Source: the human T2T-CHM13v2.0 reference genome, Homo sapiens. Taken from it: DNA of 64,000 bases. Of this stretch, positions 49,955 through 64,000 are shown one piece after another. Position numbers and translations under genes: made by a program. The DNA lies in NCBI RefSeq assembly GCF_009914755.1, contig NC_060934.1; one strand, given 5' to 3'. A model generated the notes under the pieces. It did not search any database. It saw nothing but the letters and a program-made list of their open reading frames with translations, and was not told the DNA's origin. How positions within the stretch are numbered: position 1 is the first letter of the stretch; every line of letters begins with the position of its first letter.

Positions 49955-50505
49955 AATTAGCCGGGCGTTGTGGCATAAGACTGTAGTCCCAGCTGCTCGG
50001 GGGGCTGAGGCAGGACAATTGCTTGTTGAAACAGGTGTCCTTTCCTCACTTTGTTTTTGTTTACTTTGTTGAAGATCGGTTGGCTGTAAGTATTTGGATT
50101 TATTTCTGGGTTCTCTATTCTGTTCCATTGGTTTATGCTCCTATTTTTATACCAGAGCTTTTGCACTGCAAAAGGAACAGTCAGCAGAGTAAATAGACAA
50201 CCCGAAGAACGGGAAAAAATATTCACACTCTGTACATCTGAGAAAGGACTAATATCCAGAATCTACAATGAACTCAAACAAATCAACAAGAAAAAACAAA
50301 CAATCCCATCAAAAAGTGGACTAAGGACATGAATAGACAACTCTCAAAAGAAGATACACAAATGGCTGACAAACATATGAAAAAATGCTCAACATCACTA
50401 ATGATCAAGGATGGGTACACCAGAATCTCATAAATCACCACTAAAGAACTTACTCATGTAACCAAACACCACCTGTTCCCCAAAAAACTATGGAAATTAA
50501 AAAAA
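49791..50505. mobile_element. Composite: 3'-truncated AluS (+) joined to rearranged L1PB pieces (- then +)
   Basis: Alu to about 50028, antisense L1 to about 50154, sense L1 ORF2 to about 50410, L1PB 3' end to about 50505. Confidence 0.8.
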
Positions 50506-52319
50506 TAGGTTCTTTGTCTTCTGTTATTGAGTTTTAAAGATTCTTTATATATTTTGGATATTAAATCTTTATGAGATATATGATTTGCAAATATTTTTTC
50601 CATTCTGTAAGCTATCTCTCACTTTCTTCATAATAATGTCCTTTGATGAACCGATGTTTTCAACTTTGATAAAGTTCAACTTATCTAGTTTTTTGTTGCT
50701 GTGGTATTTTTGGTGTCATATTTAAAAATCCATTGCCAAACCCCAGTTCATATTTATCCCTAAGAGTATCATGGTTTTGGCTCTCATATTTGAGTCATCG
50801 ATTCATTTTGAATAAATTTTTGTATATAGTATGAGTAAATTTTTTACACATGGTGTGAGTTAATTTTTGTATATGGGATGAAGCCTAACCTTAATTTGCC
50901 TTTGGAAATTCAGTTGTCCTAACATCATTTGTTGAAGATTTTTCTTTGCCCATTGAATAGACTTGGTAGGCTTGTTGAAAATAAATATTTCATATTTATA
51001 TTATGGAAATATAAATATTTCCATAAATATATGGTTTATGTCTGGATTCAATTCTATTCCATGTATCTATATACCTATCCTATGCCAATTCCATGCTGTT
51101 TTAATTACTGTAGGTTTTTGATAAGTTTTGAAATGGTAGAGTTTGAGTCCTCCAACTTTGTCTTTGTTTTTTAGGATTTCCATGTACAATTCTAGGAATT
51201 TGAGAATTGGTATTTCAGTACCAATTCAGTACTGTTTCAGTAAAATGACTGTTGGAATTTTACTAAATATTGTATTGAATCTTTAGACAGCTTTGGTAGT
51301 TCTGCTATTTTAGCACTATTAATTTGTCTTCAAATCCATCAACACAGGGTTGCTTTCAATTTGTTTAGAACTTCTTTAATTTCTTTCGGTGATGCTTTGC
51401 TCTTTTCAGTGTACAAGTGTTCACATTTTTCATTAAATTTATTCTTAGGTGTTTTGTTCTTTTAGATACTATCATAAATGGAATTTGTTTCCTAATTTTG
51501 TTTTTGGATTATTTATTTCTAGCATATAGAGACATGAATGAATCTTGTGTGTTGACCTTGTAATATGCACTTTTGCTGAATTTTTTATTAGCTCTAGTAG
51601 CTTTCTGATGGATTTTCTTCAGATTTTTTTTATATATAGAATTATGTAATCTGAAAGGAGAAATAATTTATTCCTTTCCAGTTTGGATACCTCTTATTTG
51701 TCTTTCTTGCTGATTGCTCTGCTAGAAGTTGCAATGTTCACTAGTGATTAAAGCAGACATCCTTGTCTTGTTCCTGATTTTAAAGAAAAGTGTTCAGTCT
51801 TTCACCACTGAATAGGTTGTTAGCTGGGGGTATTTTTAAAATGTCCTTTATTAGGTTAAGGAAATTCCCTTCTATATGCTCAGTGACTTTTATCATGAAG
51901 GTGTGTTGAATTTTGTCAAACGCTATTTCTGTGTCAATGAATTGATCTCTTTTTTTTCTTCTTCTTCTTTGCTCTATTACATCGGTAATTTCAGTGTGCT
52001 TCTTTACATTGATTGGTTTTCTTATGTTGAACTACTTTTGCATTTATAAGATAAATTCTTCTTGGTCATAGGGCACAATCCTGTTTAGGAATTTGGTTTC
52101 CTAGTATTTGGTAAAGATTTTTGCATTTATATGTGTAAAAAATATTCTCCTGTAATTTTCTTTACTTGTGATCTCTTCATCTGAACTTACACTAGGGGAA
52201 ATGCTTGTCTCATAGAATGAATTAATATCTCCATTTCTGTTTTTGGAAAAGTTTGCCAAGCAATTTCTGCCAGTTCATCTCTAAATGTATCCTAGAAGTT
52301 ACTATTAAAACCATCTGGT

Positions 52320-52712
<393 letters not shown>

Positions 52713-55700
52713 TTATTATTTCTTCTTGAGTGAGCTTAGGTAATTAGTGTGTTTCTAGAAAATTCAACAATTTCATCTAGGTTATCTAGTTTATGGCCTA
52801 ATTTGGTCATATTATTCTCACAATCATTTTTATTTCTATAAGGTCAGTAGTAATAGCCCCAGTTTTATTTCTGATTTCAGTTATTTATTATCTCTTTTCT
52901 TCTTTATCAGTATAGATTTGTCAATTTTGTCGATTTTTTCATAGAATCAGCTTTTGGTTTTATTATTTCTTTCTCTATAATTCCTGCCCTGTATTGTATG
53001 TATTTCCATTTTAATTATCATTATTTCCTCCCTTCTACTTGTGTTTAATTTGCTCTTCTTTTCTGGTTCATAAAAGTTCGAAGTTATATTATTGATTTGA
53101 GATCTTTTGTACATTTTTAAATGTAGGCTCTTACAACTATAAATTTTCATCTGAGCACTGCTTTTGCTTCATCTCATAAGTTTAGTATGTTGTGTTATTA
53201 CATATATTCAGATATTTGTAATTTCTCTTCTTCGATCCATTGCTTGAAAAGGCACTCATGGTTTAATTGCCATATATTGTACATTTTTCAGTTTTTCTCC
53301 TGCTGTTGATTTAAAGTTCCATTCCATTGTGTTCTGAGAAGATGCTGTGTATAAGTTTAATGTTTTTAAAATATACTGAAGAATTCTTTGTTGCCTAACA
53401 CATGGGCTATCAGAGAGAACATGTATTCTGCTGTTGTTGGGTGGAATGTCCTGTGTATGTCTATTAGGTATAGTTGATTTATATAAACACTATACTTTAA
53501 TTCCCCTATTTCCTTGTTGCAGATTTTCTATCAAGAATTTGAAGTGGCCTATTGATGTCTCCAACTATTATTGCAGAACTACACATTCTTTCCCTAAATT
53601 TTGCCAATGTTTGCTTCGTATATTTTGGGGGCTCTGTTGTTTAGTGTGTGCATATTTATAACTGTTATATCTTCTTGATAAATTGATCCTTTTATTAGTG
53701 TTTAATGCCCTTGTTCCAATTGTAACAGTGGTTAAAGTCAATTCATGTCATATTAGTAGAGCCACACCACCTCTCTTTTGGTTACCATTTGTATGGAATA
53801 TATTTTTCTGTTTTTCACTTTCAATTTATTTGTGGCTTGCATCTAAATTGAGTCTCTTATAGAAAATATGTAGTTGTATGATTTTAAAAATCCATTACAC
53901 TGATTTTTGCCTCTCAATTGGAAAGTTTACTTCATTTACTTTTATAGAAATTATTGATGAGAATTACTACTGCCATTTTGCTTTTTGTTTTCTATAATTT
54001 TTTGTTCATTTCTTCCCTTAATACTTTTTTTGTGATTAGTTGATTTTTATAGTGAAATGTTTTAAAAAGCTTTGTCATTTTCTTATGTGTGCATTTTAAA
54101 AAAATTGTCTCTAACTGCCATAAGGATTCTATTTAATAAATTTATAATCATCTATGTTTTAATTAATGCGAACATAATTTCAATAGCATGAAACACTCCA
54201 TATCTATGTAGTCCCCTTACCCATTTCATGTTGTTTCACAAATTACATTCATATACATTCTGTGCTGAATAACATAAATTTATAATTATTTTTATAAATT
54301 TTTTTCAACACATATAGAAAATAAAAATGGAGTTATAAACTAAAAATAAAATAATGCTAAGTTTTATAATTGCCCATGGACTTACTTTTTCCAGGAAACC
54401 TTTATTTCTTCATTCATCTTTAAGTTATTGTCTAGTGTCTTTTCATTTCAACCTGAAGGAATCTGTTTAGCATTTTTCACTGGACAGGTCTGCAAGTTAT
54501 AAACTCCTTCATCTTTTGTTTCTCTTTAAATGTATTAATTTTTTACTCATTTATCACAGAATGTTTTGCTAGATAAAGAATTCTCAGTAAGTAGTTGTTA
54601 TTGTTTTTGGTCTTTCTTTCAGGACTAAAACATGTTATTCCACTATCTTCTCACCTCCATCATTTATAATGAGAAATCAGCTATTAATCTTATTGAAAAT
54701 CCCTTGTAAATAATAAATTGATTTTCCCTAGCTACTTGCAAAATTGTCTGTCTTTAGCTTTCAATAATTTGACAACTGTATGTCTCAGTGTGGATCTCTT
54801 TATCTTACTTGATGTTTATTCATGTTTCTTGAATTTGTATATTTATGTCTTTCATCAAATATGGAAAGTTTTCAGCCATTATTTCTTCAAATATTTGTCC
54901 TGCCTTTTCTCTCTGTCATCTTTTTCTGGGATTCTCCTTCATATGTTGGTCCCCTTGATGGCATTTCACAAGCCCCTTAGGTGCCATTTACTTTTCTTTA
55001 TTATTTTTTTTTCTACTTCTCAGACTTGATAGATAGAATAGATAATTTCTATCACCCTATTGTGAATTTCCTGATTTTGCCTTTTGGCTGGTAAAATTTG
55101 TGTTGAATTTCTCTATTTAATTTTTTTATTCCAGTTTTTATACTTTAAAGCTCCAGAATTTTTGGCTCCTTTTATAGTTTTTCTTTATTGATATTTTTAT
55201 TTTGTTCATTTATTATATTTCTGATTTTTCTTATTTGGTTGTTCAGGTTTTCCTTCAATTATTTGAGCATGTTTAAGATAATTTTTAAAAATAATCTTTT
55301 TGCCGGCAATTACAACATCTAGACATTTTTAGGGATGGTAGTTGTTAATTTATTTTGTTCTATTAAATAAGTCTTATTTCCTATTTCTTTGTATGCCTTG
55401 TGATTTTTTTGTTAAAAAAATGGACACTTGAATATTACAATGTGATTCTGGAAATCAAATGTTCCTACTTCTCAGGGTTTGCTCTTTTGTAATTATTGAA
55501 GGCTGTAGTAAACTCTTGGTATAATGACATTTCTCTACTGTTTTTCAGCAAATATATTTGTTGCATATATTGTGAATAAAGTTTTTGTTCTTTGGCTTTT
55601 TTTGTTCAGCTAATGTTTGACAGAGTTTTCTTGAACACCAGGAACTAAAAAAAACAACAACCAACCAAACAACCTCTCTCTGTCTTTACTGTTTGGCTCT

Positions 55701-55754
55701 GTCTGAGTACCTCTTTAAACACTTAGCCAGACTTGCATTAAGGTTAGGGATATG

Positions 55755-56170
55755 TAGACTAAATAAAGAATATGTGGTACATATATACCATGGAATATTA
55801 TGTAGCCATAAAAAGGAACAAGATTATGTCATTTGCAGGGACATGGATGGAGTTGGAAGCCATTATTCTCAGCAAACTAATGCAGAAACAGAAAACCAAA
55901 CACTGCATGGTCTCACTTCTAAGTGGGAGCTGAACCGTGAGAACACATGAACACATGGGGGGAAACAACACACACTGAGGCCTGTTAAGGGTGGTAGGGG
56001 CTGGCAGGAGTGAAAACATCAGGAAGAATAGCTAACGGATGCTGGGCTTAATAACTAGATGATGAGTTGATCTGTGCAGCAAACTACCATAGCACACATT
56101 TACCTATGTAACAAACCTGCACATCTGCACATGTACCCCAGAACTTAAAATAAAGGTTGAAAAAATAAAA
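55755..56170 (+). mobile_element. 5'-truncated L1PA15/16-like 3' end
   Basis: L1PA 3' UTR with gaagaatagctaacggatgctgggc and terminal AATAAA; TSD-like gtt(t)agggat. Confidence 0.8.
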
Positions 56171-58201
56171 GTTTAGGGATCAGTATCAGACAAAACAAAG
56201 ATCCAAAACACTATAAAACTTAAGGACTTCTTAGGTATTTTTTGAACATGCACTGTATAATTGGCATGTATGAGGCTTTTCAAATCTCTCCTAACTCATG
56301 GGTGTTTTTTATTACCCTAATTTTCCAAGGAATATCTCTGTTCTTATTGTGTTTCCAGGCCTTGGATATTTGTTTATATATCTTAAATGTCTTTTGCCTC
56401 AAGCTTAGGTTTCTTAGGAGTCCAACAATATATTTAAGCAACTCCCACCACTTTTACCGCTTGGATATGCTGTGCAATAGACAAAACAGATGAAAGCACC
56501 TTACATCATTCCTCCAGGTAGCCCCCATAGAGGTTAAAACGGGCCAAAATAATTTGCAAATGAAGTTGTCTCTTCTACCTCTGGAAACAGGGACTATTCT
56601 CTCACACTGGGAACGTGGGCTGCTGTCTGCAAGACTGCTCTTCAACTGGGGAGTGGTTATAGAAAGGGAAAGTAAAACTGCCACAATGATTTTTTATTAT
56701 TTTTACATTGACATTTTATTGCTTTAGTGTTCACTGTGTTGCTATAAACCTGTCTGTTTTCCAGTGTTCTGACAATGTTGATTCTGATGGCTTCTACTCA
56801 TTTTTCAATATTTCTATGGAGGGACAGAAGCTTGGAGTTGCCAAATGCGACATCTTGCTTATGTCACTCCCTCCTATCTGTTTTAGTAAACTTTTTTGTG
56901 TGCGTGTGACAATACAACCATTTAAATTTATTTGCATATACTCGTGGCTGCTGTTTTGCTACAATGAGTTGAGTTCAACCAAGATTATATACCCTACAAA
57001 AAACTAAAGCACTTATTATCTGGCCAATTGAAAAAAAAAACATTTTCTGACCTCTGCTCTAGACTGGTAAAGTTCAGATTTCACAAATTTCAAATAGATA
57101 ACTTCCTTTATAGCCACTTTGTTTTTATAGTCCGCCTTCACATTTAATGAGTCTACATTTATTACTTAGTACTTGGTATATACCAAAAATTCTTGATCTC
57201 TTTCCTGAAATTTTACATCTACTTTAGAGTTAAAAAATAACTAGAACTCAGAGCATCTCAGAAATGTTCAGTCTCAGCAAGCTAGTGAATGTTTTACTGT
57301 GAACAGATTCACAGGCTTTACTGATTCCAGAGCCAAAATGCTAATAAGTTTAAACATATATTTTGGATAAAATTGATCTGCCTCCATAACAAAGGCACTG
57401 GTCTTACAGTTAACCTGTAAATCAGTTGTGGATGTAAAGGCATTATTGCCAATTCAATTTGGTTGAGATGAGCTTTAGTATTCAATCCTATTGTTCTGAG
57501 TGTCAATTAGAGCCAAGAGTGAGCCTACAATGTTATCGATGTTATCGATTCTCCTCCAGCTGAGAACAAAGTTCTAGAATGGCCAGCTCATTTTTCTGGT
57601 CTTTATTAACCTAGGCAGCCTACACCTGCATTTATATTTAATTATCATAATGAGCTTCTTTTTAAAATAGTATCACAGAGGGGGATCAGAGTGTTTGTTC
57701 ATTAAATCTCTAATGAAACATTGTATGTAGCATAAATGTATTATTCTGGATTATATTACATCACATCAAAGTACAGAATTTAACAGAATGTATCCCAAAC
57801 TCCATAATAGTTTGGCCAGATACAGAAACAATTTCCTTCATCCCTACTGAGAGCAGACTGAGTTGTGGAATTCCCAAATATAGCTTTCATTGAAATGGAT
57901 GGGACTTCTAAGATCAGTAGTAGCATTTATATGATGTTATTCTTCAATTGTAAGCCATTAATTTGATTAGTTATCCATTTGCATTTTTACTTGTTATACT
58001 GATTTCATTGCAAACTGGAGAAAAAATAAAGGAAAAACAAGCAAGAAGATTTAACTTTACAAATGTTTCATTTCCACTAATTTCTACTATTTAAAAAAAG
58101 AAATGTAAATTGAAGCAGCATAACTTAGGCAAAAAGCATTGGATTCATATTTGGAGTCCTGGATTCTACTCACAACTCTGATAATAATTAGCTGCTGCTT
58201 C

Positions 58202-58513
58202 TTTTTTTTTTTTTTTTTTTGAGACGGAGTCTCACTCTGTTGCCAGGCTGGAGTACAGCGGCACAATCTCTCCTCACTGCAACTCTGCCTCCCAGGTTCA
58301 AGTGATTCTCCTGCCTCAGCCTCCTGAGTAGCTGGGACTACAGGTGCGTGCCACCATGCCTGGCTAATTTTTTTTTTTTTTTTTTTTTTGTATTTTAGTA
58401 GAGATGGAGTTTCACCATGTTGGCCAGGATGGTCTCGATCTCCTGACCTCATGATTTGCCCGCCTGGGTCTCCCAAAGTGCTGGGATTACAGGTGTGAGC
58501 CACAGTGCCTTGC
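58202..58513 (-). mobile_element. AluS
   Basis: Antisense Alu with expanded linker. Confidence 0.95.
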
Positions 58514-58809
58514 CTAATAATTAGCTTCTTAAGCTTGGGCAAGTAATGACCATTGTGTTTCACTTTAAAATTAATGATAAAATTAATCATTTTATCAGTG
58601 ATACAATTAATCATTTTATCAGTGATAAAATTAATGTGTAAGAAGGTATTGTCTCTGCTTCAGAAAAATATGTGCTGTATGTTATTGTTTTCACTGGGAA
58701 AGAATTGGCAAATTCCATATTTTATATTAAGCTCCTCAAATTTTATGTTCCTCATTGTGGGTTCATTCTGTACTTAACCTTGTATTATAAGACTTGCTAT
58801 TGTGGATGC

Positions 58810-59445
58810 TGTGGATGCCAAGGCCCTTGTCCCACTGTGGTTTTACTAAAAATCTAGTTGCAAAAGGCAGATTAGGAGGAAAAAAAGACTTAGAAATTCA
58901 TTTAATGAGTATACACGGCAGCCTTCCAAATGCAGACCCTAAGATACAGGGGAAATTAACAAAGTATGGACAGCTGTGTAGAAATACTATTGGAAGAAAG
59001 GTATATGACCTAATAATGCTAATAGACTGGGTAGGGAAACCCAGCAAGGCCTGTCAGTCTAGATTTTTCTTGACATTTCTAAGCATGTGTTTTTTTCTTC
59101 TTCTGGTTATGGGGCAGCAACATCTTTGGAGTGGGGGTCTTAAGATGTTCAGTCAAACGAGGTAAGTCAGATAATTTCTTTATGGCCAGTTTTCACACAG
59201 ATAAAGTGGAGGAAAAATCAGAGTAATATATTTAGGTTTTATGGCTAGCTTTAAAGAAAAGGGGTTCTAGGGGTTCTGTTTACTATGACCCACTGTTGTG
59301 GAAGAGAGATTCTAGTTTCCATGGCCAGCCTTATGGGAGAATAAAACTGAGAGACAAGAGGACAGGAGAAGGTCAGAGAAAAATGTTTGTTTCTGAGGCT
59401 GCTGCTGAGCCTTTCATTTGGGGGTTTTGTTTTCTGATCCCCAGA
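58810..59445 (-). mobile_element. MER31/MER67-like ERV1 solo LTR
   Basis: ggacaggagaaggtcagaga...tttctgaggctgct...ttttctgatcccca terminus. Confidence 0.65.
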
Positions 59446-62400
59446 ACTATCCTACATTGTAATTGCCTATTTACTTGTCTGAGTTCCCTAGTTAGACCCT
59501 GTGCTCCTTGAAGGCAGTGAGTAGTTTTTAAATACTATTTTACTCAATTGCAATTGCTTAATATCTGGCACACAGCAGGACCTCTACAAATATCTGTGCA
59601 TGAAAGAATATAATTTTCATCACTCATTCTATTCTGAAATGCACACACACACATACACACACTGATGAATCAATCAATGGATAAACAGACAGGTAGATAA
59701 CAGCTAATAGAAAATAATGACTGCAGGTTGTATAACACAATCAAAGTGTTTGTTGTTGTTTATTTTCTTTGAAATTAACTGGCATGCTGGATCTCATTGA
59801 CACTAGCATCAAAATACCTGATATTATTAGCCGTGACATATGTTAACTAGTGGTTTCTATGACTGCTTCCCATCACTACTCCCCACCTCAGTGATCCTTA
59901 GTGATCCATTTGCTCATCAAATCGAAACTAATTTCCCCAAAGCAAGGCTATTATGAATTTGAAAAAGTTGATTATTTCCGAGCAGATAACTTTAAATGTC
60001 ATGGAGCCTATTTAAAGACAGCTTTATAGCACAAACCTTCTGTTCAAGCCTTAATGTACAACCAAATGGACCAAATGAGGCAAACAGAATCAGGCTTCCA
60101 AATATAATCATAATTCTAGATTAGCTCTCAAAATAAGACTGCAGTTCATATATTCTACAAAGTATGTTTTGACATTAAATGTAATATACTGAGGATTATT
60201 TTTCTGATTTACACTTGCTTTGGTTTCTACCTTTGGGTAGGTGGCTCTGACTGTGAAAAAGTCGCTGTGAGCCTGCCAGGCTACATCTCCCTCCCAGAGG
60301 TGAAATCATGCCCTATTCTCCACATTGCCTTTGCCTTCAGATTCTTATTTACATACTAATGTTTCACAATGTTTTTTTTTCTCTTCCTTCTAAACCTAAG
60401 CAGAGATATTTCCTCTACCTAGTGTTATTCATTGTGAGGAGAGGAATTTTTTCTTGCAGGTGGGAGAGTATAGATAAGGGTAATAAAATTCCCATAGTTT
60501 TTTGTTTTGTTTTTGTTTTTGTTTTTCTGGGCATGAACTAGTAGTATTTATTTTCTTTTAAATCACAAAGTATGATTGCTGTAGCACTTCTTCTCAGTTC
60601 TATTTTCTTTTTTAAAAAACAACTGTAAATTCAATTGTACAGGCAGTTTCAAGTAATCAAAACGTAATGTATTAATCTTGACATCTGTGGTTTGTGGATT
60701 CAAATCCCTACATTCTCTAGCTTGTAATGTTTATGAGGTAGTGGATGTGAAGAGTTCATAAGTCAAATTCACATTTAATTTGTACTGGTTTCATCATTCA
60801 TCACAAAATATGCTACTGAACAACAGTGAGTATGCTGTTGATATGTAAATGCACAAATATACATGCACACAACATATAACAAAGCAGTTTTTATGATGTA
60901 CCTCTTGCATTACAATACTCTTATGTAGCTATACAACTCCTACAAGACATAAAGTAAACACAAAAGCTATTTTCTTCACTTGCATGTATGTAGATGTATC
61001 CTAGAGAAATGCTATTGTTCCTCAGAAATGGTATTTGTAAATGAATTTTTTTTAATTAGACAAACCCAAAGTACTATACTATGGAGTAAGTTTGTCTTAT
61101 TTTGTTTTTAATCAGTGAATATAGATGACTAGTTCATTCACTTAGTCTTTCAGAAGAGTTTTAATATCAAAATTATCATATGGTCTGACTTTTTTTAAAG
61201 CCCAGTTCTTACAAAACAATAAAATCAGACCTGGTGAGGTTCTGACAACTACGAGAGAAACTTAGTACCAAATACATATGCTATTTCTCCATTTGCACAA
61301 GACAGCTAATTTGTAGAAAACAGAAGACTAAAAGTTGGTAAATCAAATGTGTTTTATAATCACATCTGTGAGAGAAGAATCCTCTTATGACTTCTGGAAA
61401 TATCAAAATCTGAAATGACTAAATAACTGACATGCCAAGGAATTTGTATTCTCTTGTTCTTTTACACATTAGGGGAGAAAATAGTAAAAACTAGCATAAT
61501 TGTGTGGCAAAATATCCATGAAATAATATTTTGAAAGTTAAAATATGGATTTAAATTAAGACAAATGGATGTGTTTTTTAGATGTGTATGCCTAAAAGAT
61601 GGATACTGTGGATATCTGATGGCTTTCTTGATTAAGCCACAACCGGTGGACCTCACAAATGTCAAATATGTTATTCCAAAATGTCAGTTGTTTAGACTCA
61701 TTTCTCAGCTTGTTATTGATGAGTTTCCTTTCACATTTGGAGGAATCCTGTTGGGGAAACTGAAGAACAGATGTTAAGTGTGAAGTGTCTCCCTCCTTAG
61801 TTCATATTCATATCACATTGTTTGAGCTGCCACATGTAAACAATATAGACACTAAGCCAACTGGTCCTCTGCCTACTGCTGATGTGGCAGAAAATATCTA
61901 GGAGGTAGCCAGAGGGGCATATGTATACCTGTTAAGTGGCCTGGTTCTCCAATAGTCGTGCAAGTATTGCTAAATTTGTTTCGCTCCTGGGAATTCAAGC
62001 TTCTATTTCAGATTCCTAATCCACAGCATTAATTATCTTTTTTGAATACCCGAAGCAATTTATGTTGCTTAACATATAATAAAGTTAAGTCCATTATTAT
62101 TCCTGTCTTATAATTGAGGAGACTAGAGTCTAGATTATTTAAGCAACCAAAATCACACAGTCAGTCAATGACAGAGCCCATGACTAAAATTCTGTCTGTC
62201 CCCAGATTTGTGCTCTTCAGATAATGACATTTCTGCACAGTTATTAATCTGAGTAAATAGAGTCCATAGTGAATTATTAGCTGATTTCAGGAGATTCCAT
62301 GCAAATAAAAGTCTGTCATATCATGCTCTGCCAGTCTACATTAATACAAATCACAACAACAAGGCAGTTTATTTAAAAATATTAAAAGTAATAGAAGATT

Positions 62401-62659
62401 GAATGGAAGGATGAATGGATGGATTGATTAAGAGATAGATAATAAATAAATTGATGAGAGAGAGAAACACACAGAGAGAAAGATAAAATTAACCACACTA
62501 ATAAAAGTATGATTTGGTATATAACAGAAAAAGTTCTTTAGTTTGTTTGTTTGTGTGTGTAGGTATTCTGTCATAAAAACACAATTATCTAAAACATAAA
62601 GTCTCAATCTTTTGCTTAAGAAATATTTTTAATTTAGGCTGGTTACAACTGTGAATTAA

Positions 62660-62960
62660 ATTTTATTTTTATTTTTTATTTTATTTTATTTTGATTTTTT
62701 TTTTTTTTTTAAGATGGAGCATCGCTCTATTGCCCAGGCTGGAGTGTGGTGGCGCGATCTTGGCTCACTGAAACCTCTGCCTCCTGGGTTCAAGCGACTC
62801 TCCTATCTCAGCCTCCCAAGTAGTAATTTTTGTATTTTTAGTAGAGATGGGGTTTCACAATGTTGCCCAGGCTGGTCTTGAACTCCTAACCTCAGGTGAT
62901 CCGCCTGCCTCAGCCTCCCAAAGTGCTTGGATTATAGGTGTGAGGCACCATGCCCTGCCC
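62660..62960 (-). mobile_element. AluS with internal deletion
   Basis: Antisense Alu lacking the start of the right arm. Confidence 0.9.
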
Positions 62961-63032
62961 AATTGTGAATTAAATTTATATCTAGAAAAGGTGAGAAATA
63001 TTATTAACGAAGACATTTCTTTCTATGATACT

Positions 63033-64000
63033 TAAGTTATACATGTGTAGAAGGTGCAGGCTTATTGTATAGGTATATGTGTACCATGGTGGTTTGCTGC
63101 CCATCAACCTGTCATCTACATTAGGTATTTCTCTTAATGCTATCCCTACCCTTGCCCCCCACCCCCCGACAGGCCCCAGTGTGTGATGTTTCCCTCCATG
63201 TGCCCATATGTTGTCATTGTTCAACTCCCACTTCTGAGTGAGAACATGTGGTGTTTGGTTTTCTGTTCCTGTGTTAGTTTGCTGAGAATGATGGTTTCCA
63301 GCTTCATCCATGTCCCTGCAAATAACGAACTCATTCTTTTATATGGCTGCATAGCATTCCATGGTGTATATGTGCCACATTTTCTTTACCCAGTCTATCA
63401 TTGATGGACATTTGGGTTGGTCCCAAGTCTTTGCTGTTGTGAATAGTGCTGCAATAAACATATGTGTGCATATGTCTTTATAGTAGATGATTTATAATCC
63501 TTTGGGTATATACCCAGTAATTGGATTACTGGGGCAAATGGTATTTCTAGTTCTAGATCCTTGAGGAATCACCACACTGTCTTCCACAATGGCTGAACTA
63601 ATTTACACTCCCACCAACAGTGTAAAAGTGTTCCTATTTCTCCACATCCTCTCCAGCATCTGTTGTTTCCTGACTTTTTAATGATCACCATTCTAACTGG
63701 CCCGAGATGGTATCTCATTGTGGTTTTGATTTGCATTTCTGTAATGACCATTTCTGTAATGATGAGCTTTTTTCATATGTTTTTGGCCACATAAATGCCT
63801 TCTTTTGAAAAGTGTCTATTCATTTCCTTCGCCCACTTTTTGATGGGGTTGTTTTTCTCTTGTGAATTTGTTTAAATTCTTTGTAAACTCTGGATATTAG
63901 TCCTTTGTCAGATGGATAGATCGCAAAATTTTTCTCCCATTCTGTAGGTTGCCTGTTCACTCTGATGGTAGTTTCTTTTGCTGTGCAGAAGCCTTTTAGT
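63033..64000 (-). mobile_element. L1PA7/8-like LINE 3' end, continues beyond the window
   Basis: L1PA 3' UTR and ORF2 C-terminus ([26 protein letters not shown]). Confidence 0.9.

Noticed and set aside
58565-58635. Tandem 23-bp aattaatcattttatcagtgata duplication (and tgttatcga x2 near 57531)
   Set aside because: Simple slippage duplications; not CRISPR-like and no functional cue.

Overview
Human genomic DNA (two near-consensus AluYa5 insertions) from a chr10 AGAP4-family (CTGLF) segmental duplication. Bases 1-16.5 kb hold the 3' part of an AGAP paralog on the + strand, best guess AGAP7P. Four small cyclin-Y-like exons (147-181, 8043-8142, 10736-10771, 14070-14121) splice onto one large intronless AGAP1-retrocopy exon (14760-16235; split PH, intact ArfGAP zinc finger, ankyrin repeats). 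The 8043 exon carries a 1-nt deletion giving a premature TGA that overlaps an in-frame ATG (ATGA), leaving a 525-aa downstream ORF. A GC-rich 2.2-kb block at 18.3-20.45 kb contains six minus-strand GT-AG exons that splice in phase into a stop-free 195-aa proline-rich ORF that I do not recognise; this is the main candidate novelty. Beyond it lie a truncated MER4 provirus with a nested LTR2, a likely duplication junction at about 27.2 kb, and an AT-rich, apparently gene-free region of LTR, LINE and DNA-transposon remnants with two local inverted duplications. Repeat family names and paralog comparisons come from recall, not from a database search, and repeat boundaries are approximate.
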